Origin: a virus | Taxonomy: Duplodnaviria > Caudoviricetes | IMG/VR virus record: IMGVR_UViG_3300047388_000410 | Span: 1 to 63,231 of that record | Reading direction: 5' to 3' (one strand) | Length of the DNA: 63,231 bases | Part shown: positions 46,579 to 57,099 of the stretch, piece by piece | Numbering within the stretch: the stretch's first letter is position 1 | Layout of the letters: every line of letters starts with the position of its first letter | The notes under the pieces: generated by a model | Seen by the model: only the letters and a program-made list of their open reading frames with translations | Told to the model about the DNA's origin: nothing | Database searches by the model: none | Position numbers and translations under genes: made by a program

Positions 46579-48360
46579 ATGGGCGTACAGTTAAACATAT
46601 TCGACGGTACATTAGAGCCCGATAAGCATCCGGGGCCGGCAGGGGCCACCGGGGCCACTGGTCCGGTTGGCCCGGGCAGTGGAGCAACCGGCGCGACGGG
46701 TGCAACCGGGTCAAGCGGGACTGCGGGCAGCAATGGTGCAACGGGGGCAACAGGAGCCACGGGGCCATCGGGCGCTGGGTCAACTGGTGCGACTGGTTCT
46801 TCGGGGCCGACGGGCGCTACTGGCCCGACCGGCCCACAAGGTAATACAGGCGCAACAATTACCCCATCATGTGCTACAGCACCAGAATTATTGTGCCTTG
46901 GCGGACGCGTTGGTACAGCAAATAACCCAACAATCAGTAGTGATATTGATGGTATTATTACAGGTTCTGGTACAGCGAGTAAAAATCTTCTTATTCATTC
47001 AAATCCATCGCTTGACGGGTACACGGAGTTCGACGGCCAGCTTCGCATCAAGGCCGGTACGCCGTTTGGTGTTGGAAGTCAGGTTATCGGCGAAAGTGCG
47101 GGCGGCGCGTTACAGATTCTCGGGCTATCGCCGTCAACCGCAACGTCGGTCGTTGGTGGTGGTCTGCGGGCGATTGCGCTCGACCCCGATTCCATCGCGA
47201 CGCCGATTCTCGTTCAAGACTCAACGTATGCATCGTTGATTATCCCTGGACAGATTCATCTTGCGTCTCCCGGTGGCAATGCGTTCATATTTGCCATCAT
47301 CGCTGGCGCGACCATCATGATCACTGACAGCACTAATAAGCTAAAAGTCGGGTTGTTCAGCGACAACAACACCATCGTTGCTGACGGCACTACACAGACG
47401 CTCGACGAGCAGGTGTCATTTGAATCCGAGCCGGTGTTGCAGTCGAATAACGGCGGCGTACTGACGATCAACGATTCAAAAGTCGTATGGGATAACTTCT
47501 CGCTCGCGACCGATGGAACGCCGGGCGGCAGCGTCACCGTTATTGATCATGCAGTAGCCATATCGGCGCCGACCATCGGCGATTTCTGTGTCATCACGAA
47601 TCGCCGTGGGTTGTGGTTCAAAGACTATTTCGACTCGGGCGGCATCGTTGTTCGAGGGACCGCTACCAATCAGATCGCGGTAGACGTAGAGGATTTACCT
47701 CCTCATCCAGTGAACCCTGGCGTGTTGATGCTTTCGCTGCGTTCCGTTGGTGCGGGCGTCCAGATGCGCCACGTCGGCGCCGCGGTATTCGGGGCCAATG
47801 CCGCTCCTACTGGTGCATATATCCTAGAGGTCATCGGCAATGCTCACATTAGCGGTAAACTAACTGTAGACGGTGCCATCGACCCGACTGATATCACCTA
47901 CTCTAGCCAACTCATTTCTACTATCGTTACGGGCACTGCACCAATGGTAGTGGCTTCCACTACCGGAGTAACCAATCTTAACGCCGATATGGTAGATGGA
48001 TTACATGCAACGGCATTTGCTTCTGCTGCGACGTTAATTCCATTATCCGCTCAGTCCAACGATATCGTTGACACGACCGTCACCGGAACGGCTGGCTTCT
48101 ATCGTGTTCACGTCTACTTAGTCGATTCCACTGCTGCCTTGGCCGCTGGTACTGTGTCCTGCAACATCAAGTTCAACGACGGATCAGCCGCTCAGACTAT
48201 AACCGTTGGCCCCATCGCACTGGCAACCCTTGGCTCCATGACACAGGCTACAATCTTCGTAAACCTAGCTTCGGGCAATCTTACCTACGGCACTGTCCAT
48301 ACCGGATCGTTTTTAGGATCGCAATATGGGTTGTTTATCACTTGGGAGAAGGTGGCATAA
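46579..48360 (+). CDS. Collagen-repeat tail fibre protein
   Basis: G-X-T repeats; [25 protein letters not shown] fibre motif. Confidence 0.8.
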   Translation: MGVQLNIFDGTLEPDKHPGPAGATGATGPVGPGSGATGATGATGSSGTAGSNGATGATGATGPSGAGSTGATGSSGPTGATGPTGPQGNTGATITPSCATAPELLCLGGRVGTANNPTISSDIDGIITGSGTASKNLLIHSNPSLDGYTEFDGQLRIKAGTPFGVGSQVIGESAGGALQILGLSPSTATSVVGGGLRAIALDPDSIATPILVQDSTYASLIIPGQIHLASPGGNAFIFAIIAGATIMITDSTNKLKVGLFSDNNTIVADGTTQTLDEQVSFESEPVLQSNNGGVLTINDSKVVWDNFSLATDGTPGGSVTVIDHAVAISAPTIGDFCVITNRRGLWFKDYFDSGGIVVRGTATNQIAVDVEDLPPHPVNPGVLMLSLRSVGAGVQMRHVGAAVFGANAAPTGAYILEVIGNAHISGKLTVDGAIDPTDITYSSQLISTIVTGTAPMVVASTTGVTNLNADMVDGLHATAFASAATLIPLSAQSNDIVDTTVTGTAGFYRVHVYLVDSTAALAAGTVSCNIKFNDGSAAQTITVGPIALATLGSMTQATIFVNLASGNLTYGTVHTGSFLGSQYGLFITWEKVA

Positions 48361-48536
48361 TGGACTTTGACGCAGAAATTAAACGCCTCGAAGACGGCAT
48401 TAAGCAAATGCAAGAACAGGCGCAGAAACTCGCAACAAATATCGTTCTTGCCCAAGGTGCGCTTTTGCAGACCAAGGCGCTTAAAACGCAGCATGAAGAA
48501 CAGTGTAAGGATTGCGGATTAAAGACGGAGAAGTAA
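48360..48536 (+). CDS. Small coiled-coil protein (fibre chaperone-like)
   Basis: TAATG coupling after the fibre gene; QGAL motif. Confidence 0.55.
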   Translation: MDFDAEIKRLEDGIKQMQEQAQKLATNIVLAQGALLQTKALKTQHEEQCKDCGLKTEK

Positions 48537-48537
48537 A

Positions 48538-49629
48538 ATGGCATTCGTTTCCACTACAGATCAGCTAAAAACGCTCGCGCTCGAATTGGCGCAGGAGCCG
48601 ACAGACGGCTCTAGTCAGTTTGATGCAAGAGCTGTTGACTACATGAACGAGATTTATCTCGTGCTGACGCAGGGCGGGACGATTGGGGTACGAGATTTAG
48701 CTACTAGTGCCGGGCTTTATACGCACGTTGTCGATATCGCCACTTCTGATTGGCTATGGTTGCGAAAATTTCCGCCATTTTGTTTCAACACCACGCCTGC
48801 GATGATCGGCGCGAATACGAGTGTGGCGCTAGGTGGACCGCCGCCCATTACGCTGCAAACTGTTACGTTAACGTTCAACAGCACTACTGTTACATTCAAC
48901 GGTATTGCGCCGCCGCTTGACGTAACAGGATGGCGCATTAAGCTACTAAACCAAACGCCCGGTATCGAAATTCCGCCCATCACCGTACCGCGTATCGAAG
49001 CGCATACAGCCGGTGCATTCACCGCAACCATCGATTGCCCATGGCCGCAAGATACCGAAACCGCAAACGGCAATTTCGTATTATGGCAGGCGGAATACGA
49101 GCTACCATCAGATTTTGCGCGCTTCGCTGAATCTCCATTCGTCTTCGGCGGCTGGCCGGTCAGCTATCCGCCACGTCTCGCCATCGGCAGTGCCGAACAG
49201 GTATTCGACCAATTTCCGTTGATGGAGTCAAATCAGGGACCGCCGAATGCCGCCGCTCGTATCTCACCCACAACCATCATGATGAATCGGTGGGATACGC
49301 AATCGTACCGCATAGAGTTTAGCTATATCATTCAACCTGACGCGCTCGTTACCGGCCAAATGCCGCCGCAAGAGCCACTATTGCCTGTTCGTCATCGGCC
49401 CGTGCTGTCGTATGGCGCGGCGATGTATATCATGCAGGATAAAGCCGATAGCAAAACATCCATGCTGGCATCGCAAACGCGCGAATTAATCATGCGTATG
49501 ACACAAGAGTATCGCAAAGAGCTTCAATCGGGGTCTGAGTTAAACGGCCGTCATCTTTTTCGCCAGCAACGATTCCGCACGGGGCGATACGGGTTACTGC
49601 GCACATCATCAGGCTTGCCGTTGTTCTAA
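48538..49629 (+). CDS. Head-tail adaptor / tail tubular protein A-like
   Basis: YMN..Y, W.WLR, EYELPSDF, G.P, P.LP.RH..VL.YGA. Confidence 0.7.
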   Translation: MAFVSTTDQLKTLALELAQEPTDGSSQFDARAVDYMNEIYLVLTQGGTIGVRDLATSAGLYTHVVDIATSDWLWLRKFPPFCFNTTPAMIGANTSVALGGPPPITLQTVTLTFNSTTVTFNGIAPPLDVTGWRIKLLNQTPGIEIPPITVPRIEAHTAGAFTATIDCPWPQDTETANGNFVLWQAEYELPSDFARFAESPFVFGGWPVSYPPRLAIGSAEQVFDQFPLMESNQGPPNAAARISPTTIMMNRWDTQSYRIEFSYIIQPDALVTGQMPPQEPLLPVRHRPVLSYGAAMYIMQDKADSKTSMLASQTRELIMRMTQEYRKELQSGSELNGRHLFRQQRFRTGRYGLLRTSSGLPLF

Positions 49630-49639
49630 GGCATAACCT

Positions 49640-52600
49640 ATGCCCTTCGGCTCCCCTCCAGGCGAATCGTCAGAACTAGTCGTTGGCGATTTCGGTCTAG
49701 ACTTCACTGAAAACTGGCTGCTCATTCGGCCAAATAGCCTTATCTTGGCCGAAGGCATCACCGAAGAAGACCGTAACGTCAGAAAAGAAGCCGGCGCCAA
49801 GCCGTATAACACCGACCACGTTGCCGGAGCGCCGACATTCACCGGTACATGGTCAGCAGGGCGATTCTGGACCGGCGCAATGGCGTTGTATGCAGTAGAT
49901 AATCTGACGCCGTTTGTAAGGGTTGTCGGGAATGCGACAGGTTCAGCCGGGCCGACGACGCCATATGGACCAACCGCAGGCACCGGAACAATTCACTCTG
50001 GCGGCACAACGGTTACTAGTGCATCAATCGCAACGGCATTTACAACACAATTACATGTTGGTGATTTCATTACTGCGGCTGGGCAAACACGCCAAGTCCA
50101 GTCGATTCAAAGTAATTCACAGCTAACAACGTTTACTGCGTTTTCACCCGCATTAAGCGGCAATAATGCTTTTACGTTTCAGTCTGCGCCACGAACGCAA
50201 ATCAGCGTCGGCGCACCAGTCATAGCCGGGCATACGATTGTTATCGGTATGACGGTATGGGGCGGAGCAACGAATGCTAATCCAGCAACCAAAACGCAAT
50301 TCGTCACAACCGATACGCAAGGAAATACGTATACACAAACCGTAACTGACAACCCCAATAACCCAACACTTTCAACCGTTATCATCACCGGCCAAATCAC
50401 AACTGCACTAGGGCCGGCTGATAAAATCAACATCGTCAACGCGACGCCGTTTGTGAATATTTCAGCGAGCGCGGTGGAGTATACTGCCGCGGTATTGCAG
50501 CAAACTGGAACGGCAAATGGTACGATATCTGGAATGCACGCTGGTACCGCAGTTTCGTTTACCGCAAATAGCGCCTTGACACTGCCGATACTTATTGTTG
50601 GGATTGCATCAGCACTCGATGATCCCAGCACGGTAACATGGGCGCCAGGAAGCGGATTTACAGCACGTCAGGAAGTGCTTGCGGCTCAACCTCATCCCGG
50701 CATGGACCTTCTTGCTAACCAAGTTGAATTCAACGACCGCGTACAGACAACACAACCAACTATTATTGCGTTGTTTGATTTTCATTCATTCAAAGATACA
50801 CTAGGACCAGGCACCGTAACGACAGTATCAGGTAGTAGAACCGTTAACGGCGCCGGTACGACTTTTAACGGCTCGCCCGATAACGGCTTAGTTGGGTTTC
50901 GTATTGGTGATATTATTGAAGTTAACGGCGAGCGACGCTATGTAAAAGAAATCATCTCAGCGACGCAACTAACGACAACCGATCCGTGGACGTTATCAAA
51001 CGCTGGACAGGCGTATCATATCATCGTCAATCAACGTCTCATTACGGCTTCAACAGATGGTAATATTTATAAAGATAAGCCCACTGGCGAAGATACAGGC
51101 GAGCTAGTCGGCACAATCATTTTCACCGGCCTAAACCAATCCGTCCAACAAGGCCGCTTCGTTCAAGGCGGCAGCGAAATCGCCACTAATCCACGCAAAC
51201 TATTCTTCGCCAACGGTATCGACGCGCCAGAAGTTTTAACTGGCAATGATGTAACCATGCACATGATTGCCAAGCCGCCGTTGGATTGGACGACACCGAC
51301 TATCAATCCTGGCAATCAGCCTATCAACTTCGTCGTTCACGCAAACCGCATGGTTGGATTTGGTAACGAGAATTTTCCTCATGCTATATACATGAGTACG
51401 CCGTCAGACCACGAGGATTTTCAAACGAGCACGGGCGATCCAAATGCCTCAACGTTAGTGTTTACAATTCCTTCGCGCGTCGGCCTGCGCCTCATGGCCG
51501 GTGCAAACTATAACGGCGTATTATATCTATGGGAGTATCCGCGCGGGTTATATTATCTTGACGACTCTAACGGCGACGCATTTACATGGACAGTGCATAC
51601 CACGAGCCAAGCGCTCGGCTGCGCGCAAAGTCAATATGCCGTGTTGCCGTGCGATACCGATGTACTCTTTCTCACTGCTTCGGGCGAAATTCATGCGCTC
51701 TCGGCCGTTAATACTCTCGGCGGCACGTTATCTTCTGACCTTGGATATAAACTCGGCGTCGCCCGCTTTCTACGTAACAACCTTAACCTAAAACGCTTAA
51801 ATCAATGCGTCAGCGTGTGGTATCCCTTCAAACGCATCGCGACATTCAGCCTCCCCGCAGTCGGCAGCGAAGTTAACAACCTAACGATCCATTTTGATTT
51901 CGGCAATCTCGATATTGGCGGCTTACCGCGGTTTCATTACAGCTTCCGCGATACACCAACGGCTTATGCGATACGCCAAACGCAAGCTGATTTTATTGAT
52001 AAGCCAATTTTCGGTGAGTCGAGTACCGTATTTCTTACTGAGCAAGTAGCGCGTAACAAAGACGGCACCGCATACAACTCAATTATTCAAACCTCCCATA
52101 ACGACATGGGCGGCGTGAGACAAGTCAACGCGCCATTCGGCAGCGCATCTGTATATCGCACTCGGCGCAAAGTATGGCGCAACGTAGAATTCATTATGGA
52201 GCCGGTTGCCGCGGGTACGGCAACAGTAGAAGTATTAGTGGATCGGCTATTGCGCCAAACGCTTACCGTTGATTGCACCGTGCGCCGGCAACGTTTTACT
52301 CTCATGTGTGGCGATGGATATACGATTAGTTTTAATTGGCAAGTTAACGGACTGGATCAAGATTATAAACTTCTCGCCATCTACGTCGGCTTTGAAGTCG
52401 GCCAAGAGGATACCGCGCGGGCTGTGGGCGAGCCGCCGCCTGGGCCGACTGGGCCTACTGGGCCTCAAATTAGCTGGCTACTTACCACAACAACCTCTGG
52501 CACCGGCACAGGCAGCGTTTCGCCGCCTGGTGGCACGTTTGCCGATGGAACAGTGGTTACACTCACGGCTACTCCTGGTGATGCTGATAGCGAATTCGTC

Positions 52601-52750
52601 ATGTGGACGGGCGATTTAACTGGTAGTACCAATCCCGATAGCATAACCATGAATAGCGATAAAACAGTTAATGCAGTATTCAACCTCAAACCCCTCTTGT
52701 CAATTTCCGAATCCGGCACAGGCACAGGTGTCGTGACAAGTGACGTATAA
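49640..52750 (+). CDS. Tail tubular B / stabilization-like protein with inserted beta domains and C-terminal InlB-B/Flg_new repeat
   Basis: LFFANGID.P, H.NR, IY.S...D.EDF, GC..QY..; VTLTATP......F..WTGD.TG.TNP..ITM.SDK.V.A.F. Confidence 0.75.
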   Translation: MPFGSPPGESSELVVGDFGLDFTENWLLIRPNSLILAEGITEEDRNVRKEAGAKPYNTDHVAGAPTFTGTWSAGRFWTGAMALYAVDNLTPFVRVVGNATGSAGPTTPYGPTAGTGTIHSGGTTVTSASIATAFTTQLHVGDFITAAGQTRQVQSIQSNSQLTTFTAFSPALSGNNAFTFQSAPRTQISVGAPVIAGHTIVIGMTVWGGATNANPATKTQFVTTDTQGNTYTQTVTDNPNNPTLSTVIITGQITTALGPADKINIVNATPFVNISASAVEYTAAVLQQTGTANGTISGMHAGTAVSFTANSALTLPILIVGIASALDDPSTVTWAPGSGFTARQEVLAAQPHPGMDLLANQVEFNDRVQTTQPTIIALFDFHSFKDTLGPGTVTTVSGSRTVNGAGTTFNGSPDNGLVGFRIGDIIEVNGERRYVKEIISATQLTTTDPWTLSNAGQAYHIIVNQRLITASTDGNIYKDKPTGEDTGELVGTIIFTGLNQSVQQGRFVQGGSEIATNPRKLFFANGIDAPEVLTGNDVTMHMIAKPPLDWTTPTINPGNQPINFVVHANRMVGFGNENFPHAIYMSTPSDHEDFQTSTGDPNASTLVFTIPSRVGLRLMAGANYNGVLYLWEYPRGLYYLDDSNGDAFTWTVHTTSQALGCAQSQYAVLPCDTDVLFLTASGEIHALSAVNTLGGTLSSDLGYKLGVARFLRNNLNLKRLNQCVSVWYPFKRIATFSLPAVGSEVNNLTIHFDFGNLDIGGLPRFHYSFRDTPTAYAIRQTQADFIDKPIFGESSTVFLTEQVARNKDGTAYNSIIQTSHNDMGGVRQVNAPFGSASVYRTRRKVWRNVEFIMEPVAAGTATVEVLVDRLLRQTLTVDCTVRRQRFTLMCGDGYTISFNWQVNGLDQDYKLLAIYVGFEVGQEDTARAVGEPPPGPTGPTGPQISWLLTTTTSGTGTGSVSPPGGTFADGTVVTLTATPGDADSEFVMWTGDLTGSTNPDSITMNSDKTVNAVFNLKPLLSISESGTGTGVVTSDV

Positions 52751-53568
52751 TGCCGCCAATTAATTGCCCTGGTACTTGCTCACTACGCTATGCAACTGGT
52801 ACAGTTGTACAGCTTACCGCTACACCTAATGGCACTGACGTTTTCGATCATTGGGAAGGCTCAGGAGTGCCGCCAGTTACGGGCACTGGCACTATCAAAA
52901 GCGGCACAGGCGTTGAGGTAGACGGGACGAGTACGTTGTTCACAAGCCAAGTCAATGTAAACGACTTCATCATTGCCGATGGTCAAACGCGCCAAGTTAC
53001 TGAAGTCGATAGCAACACGAAGTTGAAAGTTACGTCACAGTTTTCGCCAACTATCAACAGTGCAGCGTCGTTTGAAATCGCTGCACCAACAACATCAAAT
53101 CCAATCAGCGTGACAATGAATCACGACCGTAGTATTAACGCTGTGTTCAAAGTCGGTGTTGCTAACGGCGCATTATTTGCACATAGTGCCGAAACTGGCG
53201 GTGCTGGTTATGACACCACAAACAAATTCGGCGTTATATCTGAAGTTGCTGGTGGATTAATTACATCTAACTCTGCCGGCGTAGTGCAGGTTCGCGCTCC
53301 GGCAGCGTTTACGATTACATTCTTATATGTTCAGCTTGTTACCGTACTCGGTACAGGCAAGAGCATCACATTTAAAATAAACGTAAACGGTTCAACAAGT
53401 AACGCGATATCAGTCACGGTAAGCGGTAATAACCTTAACGGCTTCTCAACAAACGGACCATTAAGTATCGCACAAGATGATTTGATTTGTATCGAAGCTG
53501 CGACATTCAATAGCGTATCAAACGGCACAGTAGACCATTTTGCCATCGGCATACAGAGTGTGTTATAA
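52750..53568 (+). CDS. Tail protein continuing the InlB-B repeat of the upstream gene
   Basis: Begins mid-domain (INCPGTCS..Y..GTVVQLTATP). Confidence 0.65.
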   Translation: MPPINCPGTCSLRYATGTVVQLTATPNGTDVFDHWEGSGVPPVTGTGTIKSGTGVEVDGTSTLFTSQVNVNDFIIADGQTRQVTEVDSNTKLKVTSQFSPTINSAASFEIAAPTTSNPISVTMNHDRSINAVFKVGVANGALFAHSAETGGAGYDTTNKFGVISEVAGGLITSNSAGVVQVRAPAAFTITFLYVQLVTVLGTGKSITFKINVNGSTSNAISVTVSGNNLNGFSTNGPLSIAQDDLICIEAATFNSVSNGTVDHFAIGIQSVL

Positions 53569-54359
53569 TGGCTAGAATAACATTTCGCGATATGGGCACG
53601 GCGGACTCTAATCTTGTTTTTGCTCCATTTATGTCAACACGATTCACCAGCGCCGTCATTAGTCCAGGCACTAACTGGTCACCGAGAAACTTTACTATCG
53701 ACCAGTTTACCGCTACCGCGCCCGCTGCACCAGGAGTAGGCACAGCGGTTGATTTTCAAACTAACGTAGGTGACAACGTTCCTGTAGGTGATGTTGGTAG
53801 CGCTGTTTCGTTAAACGGTACGAATACGCAAGTACGCGGTACTATGGCCGCACCGGTTGGCATCGTTGGCTCACGAAATCCTACTGCATTTACTATTCGT
53901 GAAATCAAAACCGGCATGCCGACAAGTCAAGTCACGCATAACGGCATATCATATACATGTACAAATCCAAATCAAGACGTGAGTTTATATTCATGGGGTC
54001 AAGCGACAGCGGGTATTTTTACACCAGGGAATCCAGTATTCCTCAAACCCTGTTCTGCGCGGCTCAGTAGCACATTAACTCAAACATTTGAAATCGTATG
54101 GCCCGTTACCGGTACATTTAAATATTTCGTTTTCGTTACTCCCGGTAGCGGCATTACTTGGGATGGTAATATTACTCTTACGCTTCAAATCGACGGCGGT
54201 AGCAGCATTTCATTTACGCCGACGAATGGTGTGGACGTGTTTACCGATTATGTGCAGACCTTAGCTGTTACATCGGGGCAGCTTGTATATTGGCAGGCTA
54301 CGCGCAACTCGGGATCATTTAACCCAGCTATTACGTTTACCTGGGGTTTCGGCACGTAA
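53568..54359 (+). CDS. Beta-rich tail protein
   Basis: Thr/Gly/Ser-rich; TAATG coupling. Confidence 0.6.
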   Translation: MARITFRDMGTADSNLVFAPFMSTRFTSAVISPGTNWSPRNFTIDQFTATAPAAPGVGTAVDFQTNVGDNVPVGDVGSAVSLNGTNTQVRGTMAAPVGIVGSRNPTAFTIREIKTGMPTSQVTHNGISYTCTNPNQDVSLYSWGQATAGIFTPGNPVFLKPCSARLSSTLTQTFEIVWPVTGTFKYFVFVTPGSGITWDGNITLTLQIDGGSSISFTPTNGVDVFTDYVQTLAVTSGQLVYWQATRNSGSFNPAITFTWGFGT

Positions 54360-55705
54360 TGTCATTCCGCAAACAACGTTTGCCGGGATTCATTGAAGTA
54401 GCGACTGGCAACACAGGTGCCGGCGGAGTTACCGGCGCAACTGGCCCAGCGGGGGCTACCGGCGCAATAGGCGCAACAGGAAGCACGGGACCTATAGGTA
54501 TAACTGGCGCCACCGGCCCTTTTGGCTTAACAGGAGCTACCGGTTCGCCCGGCGAAGACGGTCTAAACGGCGAAGACGGGGCGCCGGGAATGCCGGGCAC
54601 GACTGGTCCTACTGGCCCTCAAGGGGTAACGGGCTCAGACGGTGCTACGGGCTCGTCAGGACCACAAGGTGCCACCGGACCAACCGGCCCCGCTGGGCCG
54701 GCTTCGACACAGGGCGACACGGGTGCTACTGGAGCCACTGGGGCTACAGGCGCCGGTCCAACAGGCGCAAGCGGCCCAACCGGTCCAACAGGGCCGTCAA
54801 GTGTCGGGGCAACTGGACCGCCGGGCGTAGACGGCATTGATGGCGAAGATGGTGCCCAAGGGCCACAGGGGACTACGGGGCCAACCGGCCCACAAGGCAG
54901 CACGGGCGCAACCGGAGTACAAGGGAGCACAGGTGCAACAGGTGTTCAAGGTGCGACCGGCGCTACGGGACCACAAGGAGCTACGGGAGCCGGGGCAACG
55001 GGAGCGACCGGGGCGACTGGTGCGCAAGGCGCAACAGGAAGCGGCGGAACAAACTCTAACGCTGCCTCAAAATTCCTTGGCTGGCTTCAAATGGCAACGA
55101 CAGCAACGGGAACAGTCATTAACGCAGTTGGACTTATATCTCGTACACAAACTGGCACAAACTCACTTGTAACGGATTCAACTGGGCGTTATTTAAAAAA
55201 CGTAAGCAGCACTGCACTTAATACAACCGCCGGTTTGGATTTTATTTCTGGCGACGCTGAAACCGAAGCGCAGTTTGGACCTGATATTACATTCGTCATG
55301 AAAACTGGTCCTGCAAGCACGGACGTTACTAACGTGCGCATTTGGGTTGGCATATTTAGCGTTGATCCAAGCGGGTCTGCTGATCCAGCCGGCCATCGTC
55401 TTGCATTTCGTTTTGATACAGGCGCGGGTGATACTGTATGGCAAGCAGTATCAAAAGACGGCACAACACAAGGAATAAGCTCAACAGGAACTTCAGTTAC
55501 CGCTGATACGCGATACGTTATGCGTATTGATGGGAGCAATGCAGCATCAGTAGACTATTATATCAACGGATCACTTGTTGCAACACGTACAACAAATTTG
55601 CCCGGCGCTTCAACAGCTTTAGCCGTTGCACAGACAATTACTAACTTAAGTGCAGGTACAGCTCGTGCTATTCTTTGGGCACGTTATCAAATAAACCAGA
55701 ACTAA
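54359..55705 (+). CDS. Collagen-repeat tail fibre with lectin/LamG-like C-terminus
   Basis: About 210 aa of G-X-Y; C-terminal [16 protein letters not shown]. Confidence 0.8.
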   Translation: MSFRKQRLPGFIEVATGNTGAGGVTGATGPAGATGAIGATGSTGPIGITGATGPFGLTGATGSPGEDGLNGEDGAPGMPGTTGPTGPQGVTGSDGATGSSGPQGATGPTGPAGPASTQGDTGATGATGATGAGPTGASGPTGPTGPSSVGATGPPGVDGIDGEDGAQGPQGTTGPTGPQGSTGATGVQGSTGATGVQGATGATGPQGATGAGATGATGATGAQGATGSGGTNSNAASKFLGWLQMATTATGTVINAVGLISRTQTGTNSLVTDSTGRYLKNVSSTALNTTAGLDFISGDAETEAQFGPDITFVMKTGPASTDVTNVRIWVGIFSVDPSGSADPAGHRLAFRFDTGAGDTVWQAVSKDGTTQGISSTGTSVTADTRYVMRIDGSNAASVDYYINGSLVATRTTNLPGASTALAVAQTITNLSAGTARAILWARYQINQN

Positions 55706-55718
55706 AAGGAGAACCCCC

Positions 55719-56099
55719 ATGGCCGCAAACAAAATCGTCCGCTTCGGACCCACCGCGTTGAGCGCTTCGCTCACGACGAACCTCTTTAACCCGCCTGTGT
55801 TGAGTGGCGGCGTCGGCGTACCGACAGATTCAACGACAACATATTTTCTCATTAAGCGCATCCGCATTGTCAACAAAACCGGCTCACCGGCCACATTTAG
55901 CTTGTGGCTTGGCGCATCAGGCGCTAATGCTGCCGGAACCGAAGTCATCGGTAACGCAAAATCCGTAGCCGGAAACGATGCCTTCGATTGGACTAGCTCG
56001 CCGGGCCTACGTCTCGATACAACGGATTTTCTCGTCGGGGGCGCATCAGGTGCCAATGCGTTAACTCTTGAAGGTGAAGGTGAAATTGGGATTGCTTAA
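55719..56099 (+). CDS. Conserved small virion protein
   Basis: IRIVN......F.LW.GA.G.NAAGTE.......L...DFLVGGA; AGGAG RBS. Confidence 0.7.
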   Translation: MAANKIVRFGPTALSASLTTNLFNPPVLSGGVGVPTDSTTTYFLIKRIRIVNKTGSPATFSLWLGASGANAAGTEVIGNAKSVAGNDAFDWTSSPGLRLDTTDFLVGGASGANALTLEGEGEIGIA

Positions 56100-56118
56100 A
56101 GGCAAATCTGCCTCAACC

Positions 56119-56132
56119 TATTGGAATATTTA
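56119..56132 (+). promoter_or_regulatory. Recurring late-gene motif TATTGGAATATTTA
   Basis: Intergenic; follows an AGGCA/TGCCT hairpin; 8 nt before the ATG at 56141. Confidence 0.55.
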
Positions 56133-56140
56133 CTATTTGG

Positions 56141-56572
56141 ATGACTACATACACGGAAGTTAATGCCGACGATCACGAAACCCTAACCTTCCTATGCGAA
56201 CACGCCATAGGGAATGTTAACCTTTATCATTTACCAGTCAAGATGTGGGTCGCGAAAGACGAAACAGGCATCGTCGCGTTGCTGATGCTCAAGACCGTCC
56301 CATACCTTTCGCTCGACATGATCGTTGCGCACCCCGATTCTCGGCCCTTCATGCGCATCATCAAACTCTGGCGCATGGCCGAAGCGTGGCTCAAAGCACA
56401 AAAAGTCCCGATGGTCGCAGTATCGGTATTCAACACCCTTCAGCATTACCAATCCATCCTTCGTCGCATGGGGTTTGAGAAGATTGGTGAAGAAGCAGAT
56501 GATGACGGAAATGCAATAGAGACGATTTACGGCAAAACGTTTATCGAAGCCACGGAAAGGCTGAGTGCATAA
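56141..56572 (+). CDS. GNAT-like protein (virion-assembly acetyltransferase-like)
   Basis: WVA.D..GIV; ILRRMGFEKIG; position before the ejection genes. Confidence 0.65.
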   Translation: MTTYTEVNADDHETLTFLCEHAIGNVNLYHLPVKMWVAKDETGIVALLMLKTVPYLSLDMIVAHPDSRPFMRIIKLWRMAEAWLKAQKVPMVAVSVFNTLQHYQSILRRMGFEKIGEEADDDGNAIETIYGKTFIEATERLSA

Positions 56573-57099
56573 TGGCAACGATTCGATTCATGAAACCCGA
56601 AGACGAGCGCCCGTTGCGTAAGCTAATGATGAAATATCTCAAATCAACATACGATGAAGGCGGCGATATTCCTCCGACGCTCGAAAACGCGGCAACATCA
56701 ATACATCATGGTATCGAAGGTGCCGCGCTTGGTGATCCATGCCTTGTAGCGGAAGAGAACGGTAAGATTGTTGGTTACACTATCTGCCGCGGTATCATAA
56801 CTCCCGGCCTCACGACACGATACAAATCCATTCGCTCATGGGGCACATATGTTATTCCTGAATATCGTTGTAAAAATATTGCTACGATGCTGCTTATCAC
56901 CGCCGGGCGTGTTGCAAAAATTGCCGGCTATGACGAATTTATTGGCCTAGCACATGGTACGAATTACGAAGAAAACAGCAAACACATTGCCCGTAAAATT
57001 CGTGGCATGAAAGAAGTTGGAAGAATACTCGTTATGAAACTGACTCGGCCGGCAAAGGATGCTGAAGAGTCCGAACCGCGTAAGGATGAATTACACTAA
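56572..57099 (+). CDS. GNAT acetyltransferase
   Basis: IRF...ED, LVAEENGKIVGY, YVIPEYRCKNIAT.L. Confidence 0.8.
   Translation: MATIRFMKPEDERPLRKLMMKYLKSTYDEGGDIPPTLENAATSIHHGIEGAALGDPCLVAEENGKIVGYTICRGIITPGLTTRYKSIRSWGTYVIPEYRCKNIATMLLITAGRVAKIAGYDEFIGLAHGTNYEENSKHIARKIRGMKEVGRILVMKLTRPAKDAEESEPRKDELH

Noticed and set aside
43640-55040. Tandem repeats as CRISPR arrays or satellites (43640-43730, 44740-44885, 46630-46860, 54410-55040)
   Set aside because: They are codon-level repeats encoding poly-Thr and collagen G-X-Y tracts.
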